From the IMG/VR virus record IMGVR_UViG_3300027793_000005: a stretch of DNA of 64,000 nt; one strand, written 5' to 3'. The DNA comes from an uncultured virus (IMG/VR IMGVR_UViG_3300027793_000005). Taxonomy: Duplodnaviria; Heunggongvirae; Uroviricota; Caudoviricetes. A program made the position numbers and the translations under genes. How positions within the stretch are numbered: position 1 is the first letter of the stretch; each line of letters begins with the position of its first letter. Of this stretch, positions 17,770 through 26,512 are shown piece after piece. A model generated the notes under the pieces. The model was not told the DNA's origin, did no database searches, and was given only the letters and a program-made list of their open reading frames with translations.

Positions 17770-17797
17770 GGAACCTTTCCCGGTCTGGCCTGTCTAA
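17770..17797 (+). promoter_or_regulatory. ECF/sigmaE-like promoter P2 (GGAAC-N17-GTCTAA)
   Basis: Duplicate of P1, including the TCCCG and GGCCTGTC segments. Confidence 0.6.
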
Positions 17798-17800
17798 CTA

Positions 17801-18404
17801 TGTAGGACGGACAGGAACGGATGGCGCAAGCCGAGCGTATTACCTAATACGCTGCCCGACCCGGAAGTCTCCGATGCCACAAGCCGAAAGCCGGTAGTGG
17901 ACGAAGGCGCGGTGGACAGAGCCGCGACGAGCCGATGGCAAGGTTCGGTGGCCTCATATCAAGAGGTCGAGAGCGCGATATCTCGGGGACGTACTCCCTC
18001 AACGCGACAGGGGCGGACTGTGACAAGTCGCCTAGTAGTCAGCGGCCTGTAAAACCTGTGACCTATCAATCCCATGTAGCGCGTATTACCTAATACGTTC
18101 TGGGTGGGGCGGGAGCAGGGGGGCAACTGCGGAACCCCGGTATGTGGATTGTAAAACCGGACGTAGACGCAGGGTACGGCAAGCGCGATGAACGGCTAGA
18201 TGGTCTGCCCCGCAGCCGATACGGGTGGGCAACATACACCCGGCAGCGTTAGGGACATGAGGCTACGTATTACGCAATACGCCAAGCCGTCCCGAGTATC
18301 TGCCTACAACTGCTGTGAAGCCGTCATCCGACGAGTGAGCAGCCTAGCGGTGATGGTGTGGTTAGTTAGATTCTTGAATGGTCTGACTACTGCGCCGTCA
18401 CCGC
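17801..18404 (+). ncRNA. Candidate large structured ncRNA or structured leader (~500-600 nt)
   Basis: No credible ORF. More than 12 consecutive hairpins; 5' TGTAGG-A-CGGA pairs with TCTG-CCTACA at 18299-18308; starts at predicted TSS of P2; long terminal hairpin 18347-18404. Confidence 0.55.
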
Positions 18405-18447
18405 GTGGGTGTTTATTCGCATCAACCAAACCAAGAGGTACTACATC

Positions 18448-18678
18448 ATGCGCAGCACCAAGCAGCCGAACCTGAACTTCGACATCTACATCAAGCACCC
18501 GCGAGGAACCGGGGTCATCCGCATCCCGTCCGAACTCCTCTGTCTCCCGCGCAGTCAGCACTACGCCTTCCTGCGTTCCCGGTTCAGCGACCCCCGCAAG
18601 GTCATGCGGCTCTACACGGTCGCCAAGCATCTCAACATCCTGAGCGGACTCGGCCAGATGCACCGCATCGAGGCGTGA
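18448..18678 (+). CDS. Early hypothetical protein
   Basis: ATG 18448 with AAGAGG RBS. Confidence 0.7.
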   Translation: MRSTKQPNLNFDIYIKHPRGTGVIRIPSELLCLPRSQHYAFLRSRFSDPRKVMRLYTVAKHLNILSGLGQMHRIEA

Positions 18679-18896
18679 GCGGCGTGGGTTCTATGTGGTG
18701 CGTGGCCTGTCAGTTGGAGCAGGTCGCCGCCAAGCGTGTCGAGGCGGGATACATAACCTGCCTACGCTGTGGCGAGGCCGATGCACGCAAGCGCAAGCAC
18801 ACGGTAGTCCCGATGCACAAGGGGAACTACATCGTGGTGACCGACAGGACACTACTAGCCCAGATAACGCGCCCCGGTCGGGGGAGCAACCACTAG
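18675..18896 (+). CDS. DksA/TraR-type C4 zinc-finger protein
   Basis: CVAC-x(7)-KR-x(6)-TCLRC; GTGA overlap start (alternative ATG 18693). Confidence 0.6.
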   Translation: MSGVGSMWCVACQLEQVAAKRVEAGYITCLRCGEADARKRKHTVVPMHKGNYIVVTDRTLLAQITRPGRGSNH

Positions 18897-18921
18897 CGTA
18901 TTAGCCAATACGGAGAGCGAC

Positions 18922-19332
18922 ATGAACGACGATGACAAGAAGCCGAAGATCAGCATGTTCGATGAGAAGGGGGGTGCGCGTCTTGGCGACCTCTTGAAGG
19001 GCAAGTACCGCCCGTCCCTCCGGGAGTTCATCCACCCCGAGACCATCGCGCTGACTTGGGTGGAGGGCGTGACCGTCTCGACGGTGAACCTCAACGACAT
19101 GGCGCGGGATGTGAACGGCGTGTCTTCCTTCCCGTACGAGACCTGCCTGTTCTACGAGGACACGGACAAGCCGAGCGAGGTCATCGGGCGTTACGCCACA
19201 CCCCTCATCGCCTTGAACGACCACATCTACACGGTCAACAGGATTTTGGACGAGGGGCGCAAGCGCCGCGCCGCGCTCAAGATCCAGATGCAGTACCGCC
19301 TCCAGAAGAAGCGCGAAGACGGTAACGAGTGA
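18922..19332 (+). CDS. Early hypothetical protein
   Basis: Palindrome 18897-18912 fused to GGAG RBS; STV...YET..F motif. Confidence 0.75.
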   Translation: MNDDDKKPKISMFDEKGGARLGDLLKGKYRPSLREFIHPETIALTWVEGVTVSTVNLNDMARDVNGVSSFPYETCLFYEDTDKPSEVIGRYATPLIALNDHIYTVNRILDEGRKRRAALKIQMQYRLQKKREDGNE

Positions 19333-19358
19333 GAGTATTAACCAATACGGAGAACGAC

Positions 19359-19607
19359 ATGGACACGAAAATCATACCGAACAGCACTTACACCATCGGG
19401 TACATCAGCGACACCATTGGCGATGCCGACGCGAGTTGGGACGAGGTGACCGTCCTCGCCACGCTCAACAACGACACGGCCAAGATGGACGCATTGGAGT
19501 TCTGGAAATTGGTGAATTACATGATCGGGTTCTATTCGAGCGCACTCAAGCGCGACGATATCCGCGCCTACCCCCGACAGGACACGCCGGACACCGTGGA
19601 GGTGTGA
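19359..19607 (+). CDS. Early hypothetical protein
   Basis: Palindrome 19334-19349 plus GGAG RBS point to ATG 19359. Confidence 0.7.
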   Translation: MDTKIIPNSTYTIGYISDTIGDADASWDEVTVLATLNNDTAKMDALEFWKLVNYMIGFYSSALKRDDIRAYPRQDTPDTVEV

Positions 19608-19608
19608 C

Positions 19609-19980
19609 ATGCCCGTACTGGACACGACCGAAGACACCATCGAGGTGTGGTGTCTCACGGAACGGTATGAGGAGTTGGAGGAAGCCCAACAGTCCGGGAT
19701 GATGCAGCCGGGTGAGGTCGAGGAGATGCTATCGCTGCTGAGCGTACTCGATAACATCAAGAGTAAGAGCGGCGATGTGAAATGGCGGGGCGATTGGTAT
19801 CCCGACCTGCTTGTGCGGGACTCGCACTACAAGAGTTACATACAAGAACTTCTGCATGACTGCGGCGACATGCCGACCCTGCCGACCTACATCGTCGTGG
19901 ACTGGGACGCGACCATAGCGAACTTGCAAGGCGACTGGACGTCCATCGACATCGACGGCGTGACTTATTGGTATCGCTGA
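19609..19980 (+). CDS. Acidic protein, ArdA-like antirestriction candidate
   Basis: Very acidic; C-terminal YI.VDWDA....L..DW...DG..Y resembles the ArdA C-terminal domain. Confidence 0.45.
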   Translation: MPVLDTTEDTIEVWCLTERYEELEEAQQSGMMQPGEVEEMLSLLSVLDNIKSKSGDVKWRGDWYPDLLVRDSHYKSYIQELLHDCGDMPTLPTYIVVDWDATIANLQGDWTSIDIDGVTYWYR

Positions 19981-20012
19981 ATCGTCAGCGTATTGACTAA
20001 TACGGAGGACAT

Positions 20013-20165
20013 ATGGAACGCAGACAGGTTCACCTGACCGAGCAGGAGACGGAGTTGCTGATGGACTTCATCGTGCATCACGTCAATCGCGGATACATGT
20101 GGGGGCTGGTACATGGTGCGCTCGCCGCGCTGACTGGCGCGTATGCCTACATCGTGTTTTTCTAA
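20013..20165 (+). CDS. 50-aa protein with C-terminal hydrophobic helix
   Basis: Not in track; palindrome 19989-20004 plus GGAGG RBS; MERRQVHLTEQETELL...YAYIVFF. Confidence 0.7.
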   Translation: MERRQVHLTEQETELLMDFIVHHVNRGYMWGLVHGALAALTGAYAYIVFF

Positions 20166-20177
20166 GGAGGTCTGAAC

Positions 20178-20588
20178 ATGGCTTACAAGAAGTACGCCCG
20201 TGAGTGCGACGAGTGCGGCAAGGGCATGAACGAGGGCTACTGCATAGACGGTGGCATGGCCTATTACTGCTCCGACGAGTGCTTGCACAAGGACATCACC
20301 CCCGACGAGTGGAAGGAGATGACCGACGACGAGGAGAGCGACTCGTACTGGACGACATGGGACGAAGACCCCGACGAGTACATGGTGGACGAGGCCGACC
20401 CCGCGCCGAACAAGTTGAGTGTGCCGATGGGGAGTGTGCCTGTTTGGGTAAACCGCGATTTCATCGAAGCGGTCAGGCTCGCATTCGCCAGAGAACTGCG
20501 TGACCGAAGTCTCGACCCCGACAAGTACGAGTTCGTCAACTGGACTGTGACCTGCGATGTGCAGATCAAAGAGGAGGACAAGACATGA
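20178..20588 (+). CDS. Acidic zinc-finger protein (CDECG...YCSDEC...YWT.W)
   Basis: AAGGAGG RBS, Cys motif. Confidence 0.75.
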   Translation: MAYKKYARECDECGKGMNEGYCIDGGMAYYCSDECLHKDITPDEWKEMTDDEESDSYWTTWDEDPDEYMVDEADPAPNKLSVPMGSVPVWVNRDFIEAVRLAFARELRDRSLDPDKYEFVNWTVTCDVQIKEEDKT

Positions 20589-20791
20589 GCGAAGAATTGT
20601 TGGATGCTTTGTACGAGGCGGCATATCGGCTGCTCTCTGCGTACCGGATGCTCGATGCAATCTGCAAAAACGATGAAGCAGACCCGCTAGGCGTAAGTGC
20701 CGACCGCATCAAGGCACGGGATAACGCATGGGACGCTTACATAGCGGCGAAAAAAATGTGGCACAAGCATGCGACGGAGGACAAGGTATGA
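20585..20791 (+). CDS. Hypothetical protein
   Basis: ATGA coupling, GGAGG RBS. Confidence 0.7.
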   Translation: MSEELLDALYEAAYRLLSAYRMLDAICKNDEADPLGVSADRIKARDNAWDAYIAAKKMWHKHATEDKV

Positions 20792-20991
20792 ACCCGAAAG
20801 AACCCTTCCACATCACCATCCGGTGGTACATCGCGGATGTGAAGCAAGTGCGCCCCGACCTGACCGATGACCAAGCACAAGCGGTGCTTCAGCGCATACA
20901 CCTCACCCACGATGCCAACGAGGGCGTGAATTGGGATGTCATCGAGTACACCGCACAAGATATGTATCCGAGACTGAGGTACAAGGCGTGA
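20788..20991 (+). CDS. Hypothetical protein (W...DV...RPDLTDDQA..VL......HDA..GVNWDVI)
   Basis: ATG 20788 coupled; recurrent phage motif. Confidence 0.7.
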   Translation: MNPKEPFHITIRWYIADVKQVRPDLTDDQAQAVLQRIHLTHDANEGVNWDVIEYTAQDMYPRLRYKA

Positions 20992-21272
20992 CCGTGAACT
21001 ACATGATCATCAAGCAAGAGGACTTCGACCCCGACAACCTGCCTGACGAGGGCTGTCTGAGTGAGGTCATCCTCGACTGGGACAGATACGGCAGGAATGA
21101 GGACGACGAATGGATAGCCAAGGGGGAGTGCAACTATTTCCTCTGGCGTAATACGGAAGTGCCGGACAAGTTCGTGCTGTGCGTGAATGTCTGGTACCAC
21201 CCGCCCCATGACGAGGATGACGATGACTATCCCTATGTGGTGCAGTATCTGGAAGTGGAGGTGCAATCGTGA
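20988..21272 (+). CDS. Acidic hypothetical protein
   Basis: GTGA coupling. Confidence 0.6.
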   Translation: MTVNYMIIKQEDFDPDNLPDEGCLSEVILDWDRYGRNEDDEWIAKGECNYFLWRNTEVPDKFVLCVNVWYHPPHDEDDDDYPYVVQYLEVEVQS

Positions 21273-21475
21273 ACGAGAAGACACGCGAGAGAGCCGATGT
21301 CGAATTGATATACAGCCTTGACGAGTTGTACGGATGCCCACTGGGGTTCGATGAGATTGTCATCGAGACCGTCCGGCAAAACCTTGAGGACATGGGCAAA
21401 GACCCGGACGACTACGAGTTGGGGCCGGTGCAAGTGCTATGCGTGGTGACACTTAAAGATAAGGGAAAGACATGA
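21269..21475 (+). CDS. Hypothetical protein
   Basis: GGAGG RBS, coupling. Confidence 0.65.
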   Translation: MNEKTRERADVELIYSLDELYGCPLGFDEIVIETVRQNLEDMGKDPDDYELGPVQVLCVVTLKDKGKT

Positions 21476-21681
21476 AGAAGATAGAGGACACGGTCGAGAG
21501 TCTCACGCGAGAACTTGAGATATCTGTGCGCCGACATGCCCAACTGTGGAACCAATACCGGGAGATCGAGTCCAAGATATACACGGAGAACGCATGGCAG
21601 AGACACGTGCGTAACCGACTGAACGTTTTGAATGGTAGACAACCCAACATCGTATTACCTAATACGGAGGATGAGCGATGA
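21472..21681 (+). CDS. Hypothetical coiled-coil protein
   Basis: Coupled ORF; 3' end contains palindrome 21651-21666. Confidence 0.6.
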   Translation: MKKIEDTVESLTRELEISVRRHAQLWNQYREIESKIYTENAWQRHVRNRLNVLNGRQPNIVLPNTEDER

Positions 21682-22610
21682 ACATCGAAGTGAACGAGAC
21701 GCAGACCGCTGACGAGTTGCTGACCAAGCCGAACCACATCGTATCGCTTGCATCGTCATGCGTGCTGGTGTCGATCGAGAGCCATGTGTGGAACGCCACC
21801 GTGCAAGATCGTGGCATCAGCGAGGAGGTCACGAACGCGAAGCAAGCCGACCGGGACGCTGGCAGGTTCATCAAGAACCTTCTCGCCAAGAACCCCGAAC
21901 ACAAGGCGGTGCTGAACTATCGACAGGCCATCTATAATTGGTCGCAGCGATGCACGTATGACTGGGCGGGATCGCAACGCCTACTGCCCGTCATCAACTT
22001 GGCTCGGTTCCACACGGAGTATCAGGAACACGTCAAGCGGTTCCATGAGTTGGTGGATGACTTCTTGGACAAGTACCCGTCCATCGTGTCCAACATGGCC
22101 TTCGTGCAGGGTGCGATGTTCGACCGGGCGCAGTACCCCGACGTGTCCGAGTTGCGCGGTAGGTTCTCCATCGACCTGATCCAGAGCGAGGTTCCGACCG
22201 GGGACTTCCGCTGTGCCATCGCGGTGGACTTGGCTGATGATATGGCGAAGCACTATCAGCGTCAGGCTAAGCGTCTGGTCGAGGACATCCTCAACAAGCA
22301 GACCACGCAGTTGGTCGAGATCATGCAGTCCATCTCGTACTGCTGTGAGACCGAGACCACCATCGACGAGAAGGGTGAGGTCAAAGTCCGGCGTCGGAAG
22401 TTGTACGACTCCACGTTGGAGCGTGCCCGTGAACTGTGCCAGACCTTCAAGGGGTTCAACCTGACGGCAGACCCGCGCCTTGAGGAAGCGCGTGTGAAGT
22501 TGGAGACGCTGCTTGGCGACCTGACCATCGAGCAACTGCGGAACTCCGATGCCAAGCGCATCGTGGTGAAAGAGAGCATCGATGACATCCTGAGCAAGTT
22601 CGGTATCTGA
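21678..22610 (+). CDS. DUF3150-like helical protein
   Basis: AGRF.K.LL, T..W.....RLLP, F...YP, YP...EL..RF motifs; upstream of MoxR/vWA pair. Confidence 0.6.
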   Translation: MNIEVNETQTADELLTKPNHIVSLASSCVLVSIESHVWNATVQDRGISEEVTNAKQADRDAGRFIKNLLAKNPEHKAVLNYRQAIYNWSQRCTYDWAGSQRLLPVINLARFHTEYQEHVKRFHELVDDFLDKYPSIVSNMAFVQGAMFDRAQYPDVSELRGRFSIDLIQSEVPTGDFRCAIAVDLADDMAKHYQRQAKRLVEDILNKQTTQLVEIMQSISYCCETETTIDEKGEVKVRRRKLYDSTLERARELCQTFKGFNLTADPRLEEARVKLETLLGDLTIEQLRNSDAKRIVVKESIDDILSKFGI

Positions 22611-22645
22611 CAGAAGCGTATTAACCAATACTGAGAGGTAGTGAT

Positions 22646-23722
22646 ATGGCTATTCAGATCAATGACCCTGTCGAGTTGAGCGACGTCCCCAACCTGATCA
22701 TGACGGTCGGGCGTGAGGTGACTGTCGTGCTGAAGGGTGAGCCGGGTATCGGCAAGTCGAGCGTGTTGAAGGAGTTGGAGCGGCTGTATGGCGACAAGTA
22801 CGACTACGTATACGTGGACTGTCCGGTGATGGACTTGTCCGACATCGTGATGCGTATCCCGAACCACGGCAGCAAGACTCTGGAGGCGTACGTCTCCTCG
22901 CTGTTCAAGTTCGACAGCCCGAAGCCGAAGATCGTCATGCTCGATGAGTTCATGAAGACGAACAAACTGCTTCAGACTTTGTTCACTCGGCTGATGCTGG
23001 AGCGTACCGTAGGCGATGCGGCGCTGCCGCCCGGCTCTATCGTGTTCGCCACGTCCAACCATTCGTCGGACGGGGTGGGCGATGCGATGCTCGCCCATGC
23101 TGGCAACCGCGTGATGATCATCAACGTGGACAAGCCCCGGCATGTGAAGTGGAACCTGTGGGCATCGCAGCATGGCATCTCAGCCAAGATCCGCGCATGG
23201 GTCGCCATGAACCCCCGGTGTCTCGCGTCCTACCTCGACGGTGGGCAGGATGACAACGAGTTGATCTTCAATCCGGCACGTCGTGGGGTGCTGTCTGTTG
23301 TCACGCCCCGATCGCTTGCGAAGGTGAACGTGGTGGTCGAGAACCACGACAAGTTGGGCCGTGCTGTGGCTAAGGCGGCTCTGGCTGGTACCTGTGGCGC
23401 AGCGTTCGCCAATTCGTTCGATGCGTTCCTGACCCTCGACAAGGCGTTGACCCCGGTCAAGAACATCATCGCTGACCCGGAGGGAGTGCTAGTGCCGGAG
23501 AACCCGGCGGCTCTGTTCCTCACCATGTTCAATGCGGTCGATGTCATCGAGACTCAGGATGATCTGAGCAACTTCATGAAGTTCGTCAACCGCATCCGGT
23601 CTGAGGAAGTGCAGGAGTGCTTCTTCACGATGTCGTTGCAGGGCCGCATCAGCCGCCTTGCCAGTCGGAACGATGCCATCAAGCAGTGGGGCATGAAGAA
23701 CCTTGAACTCATGATGCCGTAA
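22646..23722 (+). CDS. MoxR-like AAA+ ATPase
   Basis: Walker A GEPGIGKS, Walker B MLDEF, sensor ATSN, TPRS. Confidence 0.85.
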   Translation: MAIQINDPVELSDVPNLIMTVGREVTVVLKGEPGIGKSSVLKELERLYGDKYDYVYVDCPVMDLSDIVMRIPNHGSKTLEAYVSSLFKFDSPKPKIVMLDEFMKTNKLLQTLFTRLMLERTVGDAALPPGSIVFATSNHSSDGVGDAMLAHAGNRVMIINVDKPRHVKWNLWASQHGISAKIRAWVAMNPRCLASYLDGGQDDNELIFNPARRGVLSVVTPRSLAKVNVVVENHDKLGRAVAKAALAGTCGAAFANSFDAFLTLDKALTPVKNIIADPEGVLVPENPAALFLTMFNAVDVIETQDDLSNFMKFVNRIRSEEVQECFFTMSLQGRISRLASRNDAIKQWGMKNLELMMP

Positions 23723-23736
23723 GGAGTCATACCAAC

Positions 23737-24933
23737 ATGAACGCAGTACTTAAACAGGCGAGCATGGAGGTGCGTCTGAAGAAGGCGCACATCCGGTTGA
23801 TCAAGCACCCCGAGACCTGCCTGTACGGTGGGGTCATCCTGATGGGCGAGACGAGCGTGGTCGATGACCCGGCGGCTTGCCCGACCGCATACACGGACGG
23901 ATACAACAAGCGATACGGGCGAGCGTTCCTTGAGCGGCTGACCGATGCCGAGGTAGCAGGTCTGGTCTTGCATGAGAACCTGCACGTCATGATGAAACAT
24001 ATCCCGCGACACCGGGATTTGATGAAGGAGAACGGCAGGCTTGCGAACATGGCGATGGACTACGCCGTGAACGACATCATCCAAGATCTGCATCTCAGTC
24101 ATCCGGCGTTGGTCAAGTTGGGGGATGGGTGGCTGTACGACCCGATGTTCAAGGGCTGGTCTGTCCGGCGTATTTACGAATACTTGAAGCAGGAGCAGGA
24201 GGGTGGCGGTGGTGGTGGTGGCGGCGGGCGTGGCGATGCGCTTGACGAACATGATGGCAGCAGCCACGACGAGATGACCGAGGCTCAGCAAGAGCAGGCC
24301 AAGCGCGATGTCGATGATGCCATCCATCAAGGCGGCATCCTCGCTGGCAAGTTCGGTGCCAAGATCCCGCGTCAAGTCAAGGACATGATGGCTCCTCCGG
24401 TGGACTGGCGCGAGGCTCTACGTGAGTTCTGGGGTGCATATGCACGGGGCGCGGACGAGTTGACGTGGCGCAGGTTCAACAAGCACCGGGTGGCCGACGA
24501 TCATTTCTTGCCATCACTCATCAACGAGACTGTCGGTGAGGTGGTACTGCCGATCGATACGTCTGGCTCCATCAGCAACGATGACATCGGACGTGTGGCT
24601 GCTTGTATCCAAGAACTGTGCGACATCGTGACCCCTGAGCGCATCCGTGTGCTGTGGTGGGATACGCACGTGCATGGTGAGCAGGTGTTCGAGGGTGACT
24701 ATACGAACCTGAAGAACCTGCTCAAGCCGATGGGCGGTGGCGGCACTCGCGTGGGCTGTGTCAGCGAGTACATCATCGAGAGAGACATCAAGGCCGACTG
24801 CATGATCGTGTTCACGGACGGCTACGTCGAGGGCAACATCAACTGGAAGACCAACGTGCCGACGCTGTGGTTGGTCAAGGGCAACAGACACTTTACGCCG
24901 CCTTCGGGCAGCGTGATCAACGTGGAGGATTGA
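23737..24933 (+). CDS. Metallopeptidase (DUF2201-like) plus vWA domain protein
   Basis: TAYTDG, HENLH (HExxH), N.A.D..VN; MIDAS DTSGSI, GGGGT, FTDG. Confidence 0.85.
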   Translation: MNAVLKQASMEVRLKKAHIRLIKHPETCLYGGVILMGETSVVDDPAACPTAYTDGYNKRYGRAFLERLTDAEVAGLVLHENLHVMMKHIPRHRDLMKENGRLANMAMDYAVNDIIQDLHLSHPALVKLGDGWLYDPMFKGWSVRRIYEYLKQEQEGGGGGGGGGRGDALDEHDGSSHDEMTEAQQEQAKRDVDDAIHQGGILAGKFGAKIPRQVKDMMAPPVDWREALREFWGAYARGADELTWRRFNKHRVADDHFLPSLINETVGEVVLPIDTSGSISNDDIGRVAACIQELCDIVTPERIRVLWWDTHVHGEQVFEGDYTNLKNLLKPMGGGGTRVGCVSEYIIERDIKADCMIVFTDGYVEGNINWKTNVPTLWLVKGNRHFTPPSGSVINVED

Positions 24934-24936
24934 GTT

Positions 24937-25107
24937 ATGAGCGACAAGAAGCGAGTCATCATCACCATCAGAGGTGGCATCCCCGAGATCATCGAGGCAC
25001 CGGACGGTGTCGATGTCGAGATACGGGACTATGACACCGAGTGGTATCCCAAGGACGAGTTGGAAGAAGACGAAGACGGCGACAAGTATTTTCCGAGGAG
25101 TGGTTGA
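24937..25107 (+). CDS. 56-aa acidic protein (V.I.IRGG......P.GVDVEIRDYD)
   Basis: Not in track; GGAGG RBS. Confidence 0.65.
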   Translation: MSDKKRVIITIRGGIPEIIEAPDGVDVEIRDYDTEWYPKDELEEDEDGDKYFPRSG

Positions 25108-25109
25108 GT

Positions 25110-25283
25110 ATGAAGACCTACGAAGTGACCATCCGTGCGACCGTTATCAAGACGCTGAAGGTCGAGGCCAAGGACGCAGACACTGCGAACATCATAGCGC
25201 GTGAGGAGTTCTCCGTACTGAACACGGGGGACGATGAAGACTACGACGAGGAAACTTTGGATATTCAGGAGGTGAAGCCGTGA
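25110..25283 (+). CDS. DpnD/PcfM-like small protein (MKTYEV.I......VEA.D...A)
   Basis: Motif; ATG 25110 with AGGAG RBS. Confidence 0.55.
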   Translation: MKTYEVTIRATVIKTLKVEAKDADTANIIAREEFSVLNTGDDEDYDEETLDIQEVKP

Positions 25284-25513
25284 GCAACACCAAGTACATC
25301 ACTCGCACCAAGGCCGAGGAGTTGACCCGTGGGTACATCAACTGCATGAACTTCATCTACTGGGAGATCGTGAACAACAAGGGCGATATGGAGTTAGTTC
25401 TCAAGCCCGGAAGGTGGATTGTCATGAAGCACTACCTCGCACGACCTGTCTTTCTCAAGGTCGAGAAGGACATGACCCTGACCGAATACTATGTGAAGGA
25501 GGACGAAACATGA
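25280..25513 (+). CDS. Hypothetical protein
   Basis: Starts in GGAGGTGAAGCCGTGA linker. Confidence 0.65.
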   Translation: MSNTKYITRTKAEELTRGYINCMNFIYWEIVNNKGDMELVLKPGRWIVMKHYLARPVFLKVEKDMTLTEYYVKEDET

Positions 25514-25701
25514 GCGAGAAAAAATGTATCGCTTGCGGCGAAAGTTCTACGCAACTTATCGACTTTGGATTTGGGGGGTTGATGCTATGCCAAGCGTGTG
25601 ATGACCACGGCAAGCAGATGGAAAACTTTATCAAGGATGGCATTGAGTTGAAATACTCCGATGGCACCAAAGAGATAATCAAAGAGGAGATCAAGTCATG
25701 A
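25510..25701 (+). CDS. Small zinc-finger protein (CIACG...CQAC)
   Basis: ATG 25510 coupled, RBS. Confidence 0.65.
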   Translation: MSEKKCIACGESSTQLIDFGFGGLMLCQACDDHGKQMENFIKDGIELKYSDGTKEIIKEEIKS

Positions 25702-26135
25702 CCAACAAGACCTATACGAGCGTCATCGACACCGAAGTCTATGACAACGGGATGGACTACCTTGACGTGAACATCTACGTCACCTGCCCTGACGGCAGCG
25801 AGTGGCGCAAGACTCTCAGCCTGAACAAGAGGAGTGGGGCGTTGGATGGCTCAGTCATCTGCTATTCCGAGGGCAAAGATTATTCCTTTGAGGAAGCAAC
25901 GGAGAACCCGTCTACTCTCGTATCCCTCATATTCAACGAACGGTTTGACGAAGCCGCCACCCTGCTCAAGGAAGCGTACAGACGACAGACCAGCGTGAAA
26001 GACCACGCCGAGGAGATGTTGAAGACATTGAAGTCAGCCGTCTGGATGCTTGAGCGCGATTTCATCGATCCGCAGAAGTTGACGGTGATTGAAAAATGTC
26101 ATGCCACCATCAACAAGGTCGAGGGGAGGAAGTGA
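25698..26135 (+). CDS. Hypothetical protein
   Basis: Coupled ORF with RBS. Confidence 0.65.
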   Translation: MTNKTYTSVIDTEVYDNGMDYLDVNIYVTCPDGSEWRKTLSLNKRSGALDGSVICYSEGKDYSFEEATENPSTLVSLIFNERFDEAATLLKEAYRRQTSVKDHAEEMLKTLKSAVWMLERDFIDPQKLTVIEKCHATINKVEGRK

Positions 26136-26302
26136 TGAACAAGGATTACATACCGGGATACACGGACTACACCATCACGTTCACGATGCATGCTGGTGGT
26201 CTCTCCAAGGAGTTGGTCGAACTTGACCTGCTCGAATATTTGGAAGAGTGCGTCAAGAACAAAGATGTATCAGCGTTCAAATTCATAGAGGATGAGAAGT
26301 GA
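26132..26302 (+). CDS. Hypothetical protein
   Basis: GTGATG start overlapping the upstream stop. Confidence 0.55.
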   Translation: MMNKDYIPGYTDYTITFTMHAGGLSKELVELDLLEYLEECVKNKDVSAFKFIEDEK

Positions 26303-26303
26303 C

Positions 26304-26501
26304 ATGAAGACCCTATGCCTTCCACCACGCACCAAGTTCTACGGATGGGACTACAACACCGACAAGCAACTGCGGATGACGGGCAAGGAGTGGCATGTGT
26401 ACGCCAAGCGCGGGGAGTTCAAGACGGAGCATGGCTCCGACTCCGCATGGGGCGGCAGGGTCGAGGTGTGGCTCGACGGTACGGATCAACACAAACGCTA
26501 A
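26304..26501 (+). CDS. Hypothetical protein
   Basis: ATG 26304 right after the upstream stop. Confidence 0.55.
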   Translation: MKTLCLPPRTKFYGWDYNTDKQLRMTGKEWHVYAKRGEFKTEHGSDSAWGGRVEVWLDGTDQHKR

Positions 26502-26512
26502 GAGGTATAGAT

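Noticed and set aside
17049..18475. Short ORFs in the track across the repeat region and candidate ncRNA
   Set aside because: No RBS, repeat-derived low-complexity translations, atypical codon usage.
16072..22632. Palindromes as N4-type hairpin promoters for a virion RNA polymerase
   Set aside because: No RNAP catalytic motifs were recognised in the 2607-aa protein, and the loops are variable 4-mers, not the conserved 3-nt loop.
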